Source: Camelus dromedarius
Lineage: Eukaryota
DNA: 64,000 nt
Assembly (NCBI RefSeq): GCF_036321535.1
Contig: NC_087437.1
Span: 17,610,001 to 17,674,000, forward strand
Direction: 5' to 3'
Each line of letters opens with the position of its first letter. Positions within the stretch are counted from its first letter, which is position 1. Position numbers and translations under genes: made by a program. This document shows positions 51,662-61,980 of the stretch, piece after piece. The notes beneath the pieces were generated by a model. It was given only the letters and a program-made list of their open reading frames with translations, searched no databases and was not told the origin of the DNA.

Positions 51662-53089
51662 ATTTCCTTGAAAAGACTCTTGCTCCTTCTCTTAGTTCCG
51701 TTCTCACAGAGACCTTGTTTGTTCTCATTACCAGGGAAAAAAGGGAAAACTGTACATATAAATTACATGTTAACACTCCTTGCAATTTCAAGACGTATTT
51801 CCATTTATAAAACGTGGTCTATTTTCTTAGCTGGTAAGCCAGAGATGAGAAGGTGCTGATTGCACAGTCTCCTGACCTCCCAGGTGATGACGAAGAGAAT
51901 GGTTCTGAATGATTGTTCATTGTGGCGTGACCATTACCACTTCAAACTGAGGTCATGTGACACTTCAGGCCTCCTGCCTGGAGAAGAGTAATTTTTTAAT
52001 CTCACACTAGAAGTTAAATGGGCCCAGTGAGATCCAAAGAGCTTAACAAATCCTCTGCTTTGTCACAGTGAAGACCTTTGCCTAATGCAAGGTCTTATCC
52101 TGCAGATGGCTTGGGGCCAGAAGATAGCCTGGTGACTCTAAGTTGCTCCTACCTCCCCACAGTGTTCACTGAACTGGGTTTTTTGTCTGTGAATAAAATG
52201 GACCAGATTTGGGTTGGTTGCCATGGTGACCATATCAGGAGCCTCTGGGCTCTCTATCTTCCTCTGTCAACAGCTCCTGTGCCATGAACCCCCTGTAGGG
52301 TGTGGGTGCCTCCATCCACAAACTTATGGAATCACCTTCCCCAGAAGGTAAAGTTCATTATGAAAAGATGGGCCATTTTGTAAGGGAAATGCATCCCTGG
52401 TTACCCCTTCTGGGACATGATTCTCTGACCGCACGCAACTTGCCTTTATTATGATTTTAGGAATCTTTATTAATTAGCTTTCCACCCAAAGTTTCTCTGC
52501 ACCAGAAATGGTGCCCTCCAACTTCCTCATCTCCTTCATCCAGGATCAGTCAATGCTTCCTAGTTTGGAATTTGTTATCCCTTAGTAGGTTTGGGATTGT
52601 AAGTCCAGCTACATGGAAACAAATTCTCTTGGGCCCAAGAGCAGCATCTCTGTAGCTGTCCCAGGATGAGAAATGTGGCTCTGTTCCTTGGCCTCTTTGC
52701 TTACCAAGAACTCTCTGAAGGGGTCTTGGGCTTTTGGTTCAAACTTCTCACACAGATGGATGGCCTTGCTCAGGACGATAGTCTGAAGATGGTGGAATTG
52801 GCACACTGATCCAGGTTACAGAATCAAAAGAGATTTAATCTTCCCTTTCCAAATAGTAGCCACGTTTCTATGTACCTGAATACTTATGTAGCATTAATTA
52901 AATAGCAATCATTTATGTGCCATAGGCTATCTCAAGTTCAATTTTCTTTTATACTTGGTATCTTTAATTCTGTATGTTCAAAACCAAACTTGATCACCTA
53001 TGGTCTGGACAATAACAAACTAACTGGTCCATCCATATCCATTCATATCCCCCAATCCATCCACCAAAGAGCAGCCAGAGGGGCTTCTT

Positions 53090-53679
53090 TTATTTATTGA
53101 GGTACAGTTGGTTTACAATGTTGTATCAATTTCTGGTGTACAGCATAATGTTTCAGTCATACATATATTCTTTTTCATATTCTTGTTTATTATAGCTTAC
53201 TACAAGATAATGAATATAGTTCCTTGTGCTATACAGTAGAAACTTGTTGTTCATCTATTTTATATATAGCAGTTAGTATCTGCAAATCTCAAACTCCTCG
53301 TTTATCCCTCCACACCCCCTTCCTTCTCTGGTAACCATAAGTTTGTTTTCTATGTCTGTGGGTCTGTTTGTGTTTTGTAAATAAGTTCATTTGTGTTCAT
53401 TTTTTAAGATTCCACATATGAGTGGTATCATATGATATTTTTCTTTCTCTTTCTGGCTTACTTCACTTAGAATGACAATCTCCAGGTCCATTTATGTTAC
53501 TGCAAATGGCATTATTTTATTCTTTTTTATGGCTGAGTAGTATTCCATTGTATAAATACACCACAACTTCTTTATCCAGTCATCTGTCGATGGACATTTA
53601 GGTTGCTTCCATGTCTTGGCTATTGTAAATAGTGTTGCTATGAACATTGGGGTGCATGTACCTTTTTAAATTAGAGTTT
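53090..53679 (-). mobile_element. Camelid-type L1 3' end inserted in an L2
   Basis: Shared 3'UTR/ORF2 end; TSD cca[g/a]aggggcttctt 53075-53089 / 53680-53694. Confidence 0.9.
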
Positions 53680-53694
53680 CCAAAGGGGCTTCTT

Positions 53695-54261
53695 AAAATT
53701 CATACCTGATCATGTCATAGATGAGGGCCTCCCAGGAGCCTCCCCGTGCTCCGAGGATAAGGATGTGGCTGGCAGGACCCCGACTCGCTTTAGTTTGTGT
53801 TGCCCACTCTCCCTCTTGCTCTCTGTGCTCTACCCACAATGGCCTGCTTTTCTTAATCTCTGCACACGTTTCACTTCTGCCATAGAGCCTTTGCCCAGGA
53901 TTCCCCCTGCTGGATTCTCTTGCTTCTTTCTTCATCTAGTTTACTCTCAGACACCTTTCAGATATCAGCCTAGGTCTTACTTATCAGGGGTGTCTTCCTG
54001 AGCCCCCTAGACTAGGCCAGGTTCCCCTGTTGGATGCTCTCATGGCTTTGAGGGATATATGTTTCCTTCGTAGGACTCATCTCTGAAAGTAATTACATAG
54101 ATTGTGTGATTATTTCCTCAGTCCATCTCCCTTACTAGACTACGAGGTCCAGAAGAACAGGGTCTGGATCTGTGATTGTTCATCAATGGATCTCTGTACC
54201 TAGCACTATGCCTACAATACAGCAGGGGCTCAATAAATGTTTATTGAATGACTAAATGAAT
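53695..54261 (+). mobile_element. L2 3' region (continues from ~52960 before the L1)
   Basis: Ends 'gctcaataaatgtttattgaatgactaaatgaat'. Confidence 0.75.
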
Positions 54262-54366
54262 CTTCACAATCACTGACAAAGTGTAGATTATTCTACTTAT
54301 TTTACAGATGAACAAATTTAGGGCAAAATCTCTCAGTCTCCACTGATGGCTGATTAAAAGTTCTGA

Positions 54367-54630
54367 AAAGTTTTAAATCTGATGTTAAATCCCAAGGACC
54401 AATATTTAATAATTGCCATTTCCATTCTGCTTATGAGATTCAAAAGAATTTGGAGGGAGTCAGGGGCCTCTGAGAGGCAGTCACAGCTGCCACCAGGGAA
54501 AGTTTTAAATCTGATGTTAAACCCCAAGGACCAATATTTAATAATTGCCATTTCCATTCTGCTTATGAGATTCAAAAGAATTTGGAGGGAGTCAGGGGCC
54601 TCTGAGAGGCAGTCACAGCTGCCACCAGGG
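54367..54630. repeat. 132-bp tandem duplication (2 copies, 1 mismatch)
   Basis: 54367-54498 = 54499-54630 except T54390/C54522. Confidence 0.97.
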
Positions 54631-55719
54631 AGTGGGGGCATTTGAAACGTGCAGAGGTTACATGTCAGAGGTTAAGGAGATCTAACCTTCTCTTCCAGGA
54701 ACGCATAACACTTCAACTTGAGACCTCTGCCTGGTCCAGCACCTCATTTTGTAAAGCACACCTCCTTCATTCACCAGCATCCTCCACTCCTGCCTCCCAG
54801 CATCTTCCAGGGAGAGTAGATAGCCCTCCTTGGAGCTCCCATGGTGCCCTGTGGTTATTGCTGTCCAAATATTTTAATTAGAGTTACTTTTGTGACTCTC
54901 CTACTATTCTGCAAACTTCCCTTTTCACACCCACATTTCTGTAACTCAGCTCCTGGCAGGCAGTGCCTGGCATGGATTTTAGTGATTCTTCACCCCAAAT
55001 GCACATGAGATTCCCGTGGGTAGTTGTTGATGCATCCCAGTGTCTGGGCTCGGACTCGGTTTGGCATAGGGCCCAGATGTTGGCAATCTTTAAAATCTCA
55101 CAGATGATTGTGATGTGCAGCCCCTTTTGTGAATCTCTGGGCAAGATACTCAAAAGCACTGATTGAAGTGAACGAACTGGTATCATCTTTATGTATGTGT
55201 GTGCACATGTGCACGCGTGGGGGCGATATTAGGAAGAGTTGGCCTTGGTCTTGGTAAACTCAAGTACTGTTCCTCTCTCCCAGTTAACTTTGTGGATTCT
55301 GAGGGTCAGGATCGACCTAGGGGGCTGGAGGACGTCCAGGGACAAAGCCAAGGGCCATCAGGTCTCTTTACAGAGACCTGTTTCCCAGCTCTAACCCTGA
55401 GCCCAAGGGCAGTGAGTCAGCAATTTATTTGCTTTCTACTGCTAAACGTAGTATCAAGAACATTTCCCCTGATTCTGCATGCTATTTGGAGGTCCAAATC
55501 AATTAAATTTTCTTGGGTTTTGCAGCTGGTGCATTGATTTTTATTCAGTTATTAATTCATTCACTCCCTCAGTAAATGTTGATTGACTATTGGTATAGCA
55601 TAATGCCAGCTCTGAGGGTCACATGAAGGAAAGGTTATACAGGTGCTCCGAAGAGCTTAAAATCTAGCTGGGTGGATGGTATCTGCACATCAGACATCAG
55701 CGCTGTACATTTTGCCATT

Positions 55720-55965
55720 AAGAGGGCAGGCGTTTGAGCAGGACAACCTGGTTGATTGCCTGGTCCACTACTATTCGTCATGGACCCCGGGAAAGTTGCT
55801 TTACCTCTCTAAGCCTTACTTTCCTCATATAAACATTTCTCTTCTGTGAATGATAATAAAAATGACAACCTAGGGCTGTGGTGAGGATTCAATGAGGTTA
55901 TTCCTGTAAAGCATTTAGCATACTGCCTGGTACATAGTGAAAATCCAGGCGCGTGTTCGCTGTTA
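55720..55965 (+). mobile_element. MIR SINE
   Basis: 'agggctgtggtgaggattcaatgag...tgtaaagcatttagcatactgcctggtacatagt'. Confidence 0.75.
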
Positions 55966-57035
55966 CTATAGAAGAGATAGCAGCCTGGGTTAGCCAGTGA
56001 GTGGGACGAAGATGAAGGATGTAGAAGAATTTAGAGAAGGTTGAGGTTGATGTGGTTGTGGGGAGTTGGGAAAGAAAGCCTCAGGAACATAGAAATCAGG
56101 CTGGTTCCTGGGGTGGGTATAATCTGGGGAAGTAGCGAGAAGCAAAGATGTGTGGGGGAGGGTGGGAGGTCTGGCAAGAGGCAAGCACACTTGTATTTGA
56201 AATGCGGCAAAACAGTTCATTACTGGCCCACACCCTTAACTCTGTTCCTGCGCTGCTTGGGAGGCTGATACATTAATTGGTTATGTCCGCTAGTCCCCTT
56301 CGAACCCTGTATTCAGCAAGTGTGATGATTTATCATCGTGGACCAAACATTCCAAAATACCAGTTGCAGAGCTGGGAAGGCTAAATTTAGCATAGGTGTC
56401 CTGCATATTTAAAACTTCAAGTGAAAATTCTAGATTCTGAGATCAGGTTAAGACCACTTTGGCCCTTTAAATACAGTTAACATTTTCCTTGAAAAATTCC
56501 AACCTTTAAAAGCCTCTATTTGACAACTAGCTTGCCAATATTTATGTTCCACTCCATTAGCATCACCAGGGCTGACTCTCCACTTTCAAAGATATGCATT
56601 TGGCTGGAAGAAATCACTGCTGTTTGCTCATTTCACATGCTCATACAAATACACGCGCGCACACACACACCGCTACACGGCATGCCCCCAGTCTGTGTGT
56701 ACCCATACTGAGTCCCTTGGGAAAGTTGTTCGGAGTGATGTCTTTTCTGTGTTTGACTTCATCCGTCTCTATTTCCTTTAAGTCTTTCTTTTTCCTTATT
56801 TAACTATGAGCCTTCTGGAAAATGGAAAGGCAATATATTATGATGCTTTAATGTTTGTTTCCAGGACTAATTATTTTAAGTATGTTTTGTTGTGATAAGA
56901 TCCCTAATAAGTATCTCATGTATTTTAGGGTTAGGCTGCTAGTATTGCCTTGTACCTCAAAGATACAGACATGGACTTTGTGGACCATGAGGGAAAAGAA
57001 ACAAGTAAGAACTTCATTTAAAAATTCAACCTAAT

Positions 57036-57222
57036 ATTAGCCACTATGTAAAAAAATAGATTAAAAAAGTGTCTTCTGTATAGCACAGGGAATTATGTTC
57101 AATATCTTGTAATAACCTTCAATAAAACAATGAAAATGAATATATGTATGTATATGCATGACTGGGACATTGTGCTGTACATCAGAAATTGACACTTTGT
57201 AATTGACTGTACTTCAATTTTA
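57036..57222 (+). mobile_element. Short camelid-type L1 3' terminal fragment
   Basis: Reverse complement of the shared L1 3'UTR; flanked by aaaaattcaa[c/t]cta[a/t]t repeats. Confidence 0.85.
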
Positions 57223-57239
57223 AAAAATTCAATCTATTT

Positions 57240-57341
57240 ATCTTTGTGGTATTTTGTTTATGGAGAGACTGGGGATTGAACCCAGGACTTCGTGCATGCT
57301 AAGTATGTGCTTTACCACTGAGCTACACCCTCCATCCCCTC
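57240..57341 (-). mobile_element. Vic-1-type tRNA-Ala SINE
   Basis: A/B boxes on - strand; perfect TSD aaattcaatctattt 57225-57239 / 57342-57356. Confidence 0.9.
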
Positions 57342-57506
57342 AAATTCAATCTATTTAAACTTCAAAAAGAACTTTGCTTTAACGTAGGTCCATGGACTGT
57401 TGATTTAAAAGAAGTCCACTTTGCTATGACAAGCTACCAAACATGAATTTGGGTCTGCGCCTTCTACTAATTCACAGCCTGTCAGAAAATACACATTTAA
57501 CTAGGT

Positions 57507-59030
57507 CAGTGACTCTTAATCCTTTTTAGGGGTATATGTGAATGAGTGGGTGGTCTTCAAGAATCTGATGAACGCTATAAATGCCTTCTCCAGAAAAATG
57601 CATGTGAACACATTACATATATTTTCTGCACACAATTTAATTTGCTGCATTGCAAACATATCTTTCACATAGTTAGAATGTTAAAACAATACTTAAAAAA
57701 GATTTATGGGGGTGGCAATAGCTCAGTGGTAGAGCACGTACTTAACATTCATGAGGTCCTGGGTTCAATCCCCAGTACCTCCATTAAAAAAAAAAAACTA
57801 ATGATCCTCTTAATCTCATATTGTATGCAAAAATTAATAGCTGCTTTCTAAAAAAATCTTAGTGAGTCAAAATGTGAAATAAAAGTAAAATATAATTTAA
57901 TCCAGAAGTAACTTTCATAAAAAGATTGTTGTTGTTTGATCAGAACGAGATTGAACTTATAGAGTGTTTTTTTTTAATATGATAATGCACGTGTCTTTCA
58001 CGTACCATCAGTTTAGACTTCTCCTTTTCTGACATACCAAGGACAGGAAATTCTAATTTGCAATGGTATTTGCTACCAAATGAGTTAGAGTTTTCACAGG
58101 TTTTTCTGGTAGGCTTGTGTCAAGGAACACAGAATTCTCTCAAACACTTTGAGTTGAATTCATGTAGCCTTATTTTCTCTGTCTTCAATTCAGTGAGGTC
58201 AACTTTGTCAATGTCTGAATCATAAATGTTGTCTTTGTCATTAAGGAAAGAATCAGGATCGTACATTTCAATTTTAAAGTCATCCAACAGAAATATTCTT
58301 CAAGGGTTTCTTTGTCTACTCATTTCCACCTGCACAAAAGCCAGCAAAGCCTTTTCACTCTTGGCTCTGGCCCCCTGATGCCCTTTCTCCAACAGTGCAA
58401 GAAGCACACAGCCATCTTTCTCCAAACACCTCTTCCACAATGGTAGCCTGGTCAGGAGACTACATTTTTTCCAGCAGCATTTATAATGGATCTGCTGGAT
58501 GTTGAGTCAAGAGTTATGGCTCATTCAGATGGCCACAGATGTCAATCAAGTCACTCAAGTCATGAATGAACTCTTCTTCGTCAAATCAATCTGAGAATGG
58601 GCTTTGCTAGTCACTTAAGAAAGGGAAAACTTTCTGCCTGAAGTTAATCAATTGCTTCAAAACTTGTACTTTCGAAAGCCAGTGAACTTCACCATTTAAT
58701 TTCTTGACAAATCCCATTGTGAAGGCACGATTCAAGGTCCTGACTCTAAGTTAATGTGGACAAGACTTATTTTAGAATTACTGTCTCCATTATGTGGATG
58801 TAGACAACAAGAGGTCAGTATGATGTGTGGACTTTCTTTTTCAGCAACATGGGAAAGCCAGAGGCTTTGCGGAACAGCAATATGTCCACCTCTACCCACA
58901 GCACCAACATTTTTCTTCCAAAGTTTTGCTTGGCAAAGAATTTTTTCATTATTTCAAAGTTGCCCTGAGCATTTGATGCTTCTAAAGAGGGGCTCACCAA
59001 ATGGACATCTGCATGCATGTAATAAGAAAA
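57507..59030 (-). mobile_element. Fossil hAT-Charlie (Charlie4-like) DNA transposon with decayed transposase
   Basis: TIR-like cagtgactcttaa at 57507; - strand from 58690 reads EVHWLSKVQVL...FDEEEFIHDLSDLIDICGHLNE, then LPLWKR and FGSKYHCKLEF (Buster/Charlie motifs); in-frame stops and frameshifts. Confidence 0.8.
57708..57797 (+). mobile_element. Vic-1-type tRNA-Ala SINE inserted in the Charlie element
   Basis: tagctcagtggtagagc...gaggtcctgggttcaatccccagtacctcca plus poly(A). Confidence 0.9.
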
Positions 59031-59731
59031 CTAGGATCTGACTCCACTGAGAACCGGCCAGGGCATTCACTCAGCTGCATGCTGAAGGGAACTGGCCTGG
59101 CTTAGATTCCCCTGAGCCCTTCCTCAAACAGAAGAAAAGCTGGTGACTCTAGACAGGGCAACACTTCTAGATAAAGGCCCTGCCTCAGTATTTTTTTCTC
59201 TTCTCAGGCTATAGATCCACCTGACTGCTTTAGGGCAAACGACCCCAAGGTCTGCCCAATTGCCAGGCTTCTTTTGCATGGCCATGAAATAAATGTTGTT
59301 GCGGGATGCTCTAAGTCCAGGCTGTTACATTTCTCTAGTCTTTTTTGACTCGACCCATCTTCTCATGAAAACGATCCATTCTGAACTGGGTGTTCCCACA
59401 ATAGACAGATGCCAACTGTTCCTTTGATTTTGTTAGCTTTATGTTTCCACTAAGCAAGAAACTCTCTGTACAAGACGGACCATGTTTTTGGTGACTGTTA
59501 CATTTGAGATGAAACTCAAGGAGACACATTTTCTTCTACTTTATTTTCTTTGATGTTTTCCAACCTAAGCCAGGCTGTGTTCTAAGGACTGATGCTCATA
59601 ATCATAATAGAAGCTTACAGCTGAAAATATACATCAACAGAAAAGCACGTCGATGATGATGACTCTTTGCTACCTGAAATAGAGTTAATATCCATGCCAT
59701 TCTACACTCGTGCAGTAGGGAACAATTTCTT

Positions 59732-59981
59732 TTTTTTTTCCAAAAAGGGATCAACCTTTATTTTAAAATGTTAAACTTACTACAGGATGATCAAGAAAGA
59801 TCAAATATGAATTCTTTAAACTTGCAATATTTGAAATTGGAAAATTTTAGCTTATAACTAACATTTTTTAAGTTGCAAGAGCATTTCCTGAAGATGTTGC
59901 CTGTTTTAAATACTGAATAAGATCTTCTCTCTCACTCTTCTTTTTAAGACCAGAAAAGACCACTTTAGTTCCAGGGATATA
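59732..59981 (-). pseudogene. CYCT (pseudogene): 5'-truncated processed pseudogene of testis-type cytochrome c
   Basis: 59981-59889 encodes [31 protein letters not shown] (CYCT-type C-terminus), then 3'UTR, AATAAA (tttatt 59757-59762), poly(A) remnant; 46-bp flanking direct repeat. Confidence 0.92.
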
Positions 59982-60162
59982 TAATATCCATGCCATTCTA
60001 CACTTGTGTGGTATGAAACAATTTCTTAAGAACAAATTTTGACAACAATTAATTTTTTCCACAGAGACAATCTTTCAACTATTCGAAAGGAGCTCAAATA
60101 TGACAACTCTCTTCTCTATTTCACTAATTCTTTAAAATCTACTCAAAGACTCATGAATTCTT

Positions 60163-60545
60163 TTTTTTTTAACTTTTTTTATTGAGTTATAGTCATTTTA
60201 CAATGTTGTGTCAAATTCCAGTGTAGAGCACAATTTTTTAGTTATACATGAACATGCATATATTCATTGTCACTTTTTTTTTTGCTGTGAGCTACCACAA
60301 GATCTTGTATATATTTCCCTGTGCTATACAGTATAACCTTGTTTATCTATTCTACATATGCCTGTCAGTATCTACAAATTTTGAACTCCCAGTCTATCCC
60401 TTCCCCTCCCCCTCCCCCTTGGAACCCACAAGTTTTTATTCTATGTCTGTGAGTCTGTTTCTGTTTTGTATTTATGTTCTTCTTCTTTTTTTTTTAGATT
60501 CCACATATGAGCGATCTTACATGGTATTTTTCTTTCTCTTTCTGG
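60163..60545 (-). mobile_element. Camelid-type L1 3' end
   Basis: 3'UTR closest to the 23055 copy; TSD caaagac[t/c]catgaa[t/c]tctt 60144-60162 / 60546-60564. Confidence 0.9.
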
Positions 60546-61070
60546 CAAAGACCCATGAACTCTTAATCTAAAGAAAGACCAATTTTGCTGAGGAAATTCC
60601 TAAAGGCCTGAAACTGAAACAAGAGGGAAAAGTGTATTGTTTCTATTATTGTTTGAATAAAATCTAGGAATTCACTTTTAGTCCCTCAAGTCAGTGAACT
60701 GGTCCAGCTTTTGCTCTTCTGCTCCTAACAAAGCCCCCGAGGAAATATATTCTTACCTCTATAAAGCATTTTCTAGGTTCTGTTGAATTTTCATTTGACT
60801 CCCAGTCTAGACTGGGAGCTCCCTGAGGGCAGGAACAAAAATTTTTTCTGTGCATTTAAGATTTTAACATTTTGCATGGTATTTAACACATTATTAGCTC
60901 CTGTAAATGCTAGAGGAGTGAGTAATCATCAAATATCCTCAAATTAATCATTTTATAACATAGTTTAGATCCTCTGAGGATCTAAAACACCAGTACCTGA
61001 AACATCTGACAGTTATAAACTGTGCTTGCCTTTGGTCTTTTGTCTAGGATTAATTAGCCTTGCCACTTTT

Positions 61071-61246
61071 TTTTTTAATTGAAGTACAGTCAGTTACAAT
61101 GTGTCAATTTCTGGTATACAGCATAATGTCCCAGTCATGCATATATATATACATATATTCATTTTCATATTGTTTTTCATGAAAGATTATTACAAGATAT
61201 TGAATATAGTTCCCTGTGCTATACAGAAGAAATTAATTTTTTTCTC
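61071..61246 (-). mobile_element. Short camelid-type L1 3' terminal fragment
   Basis: Shared 3'UTR; TSD tagcctt[g/a]ccactttt 61055-61070 / 61247-61262. Confidence 0.9.
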
Positions 61247-61671
61247 TAGCCTTACCACTTTTTATGTATTAAGACACTGTAATAAGGGGCCCAACCCCTC
61301 TTAAGAAAGATAACTCGGGTTAGTTATATGTGATATTTCCTAAGAAGATAGTTGTTAAATGTGTAGGCATTTCTGCCAGACTGCCAGGGTCCAAAGTGCG
61401 AGAAGTCTTGACTGTAGGAGGTCCAGAATGTACGAGGAAGAGCTTTATCATCAGTGCTCGGATTGCTGCCGAGATGCTCAGTGCCCAGACCCCCCGGGGC
61501 CCCTTGGCTCCCTGCAGGCAGGCGTCTCAGCTGCTCTGGGCCACACTCGGTTGAGAGCACTGTCCCCAGAAAGGCCCTAGTCTCGGCCAAACTTTTTCAA
61601 CTCTGCCTGGGGGCCAGATCAGGTTCTAACACCAGGGCAGGCACCAGGCTGCGGCTCTGAGCAGCCCTGCA

Positions 61672-61980
61672 GCGCCCAGTGGTGGCCTCCGTGGCCAGTC
61701 TGCGGCAGAGGGTGACGCTACAAACCCGAAAGGCTCTCTCCTGAGACTGCTTTCTCCCTGGCTCTGATGTCTGATCATTACCACTTTCATCGCATATTTC
61801 ACACGCTGAGTGCAGTATATTTTCATCATTTTCTTAACAACATCATGTTAATATAGTACTCTAAAGAAAAAACTCAAAAAGATGTGACTGTTGGAGAATG
61901 AGCTCAGGCAGTAGCCAGTCCCTGTCCCCACCGCTAGAGGGTGCTCTGGCTGTTCCTTCTTGCCACCCCTAGGGGGCAGC
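61672..61980. promoter_or_regulatory. Cluster of CTCF-like motifs
   Basis: Versus CCASYAGRKGGCRS: 61966-61979 (+) 13/14, 61931-61944 (+) 12/14, 61672-61685 (-) 12/14. Confidence 0.5.

Noticed and set aside
54354..54645. ORFs with an internal 44-aa repeat; CRISPR-like array
   Set aside because: By-product of the 132-bp duplication; only two units, no spacers, eukaryotic context.
59868..60062. Possible last exon of a functional cytochrome c gene
   Set aside because: Homology starts mid-exon at the TSD with no splice acceptor, no CXXCH-encoding region nearby, genomic poly(A), Met80 and stop codon altered.
61324..61829. Overlapping GC-rich ORFs on both strands
   Set aside because: No recognisable protein or splice pair; ORF density is explained by local GC content.
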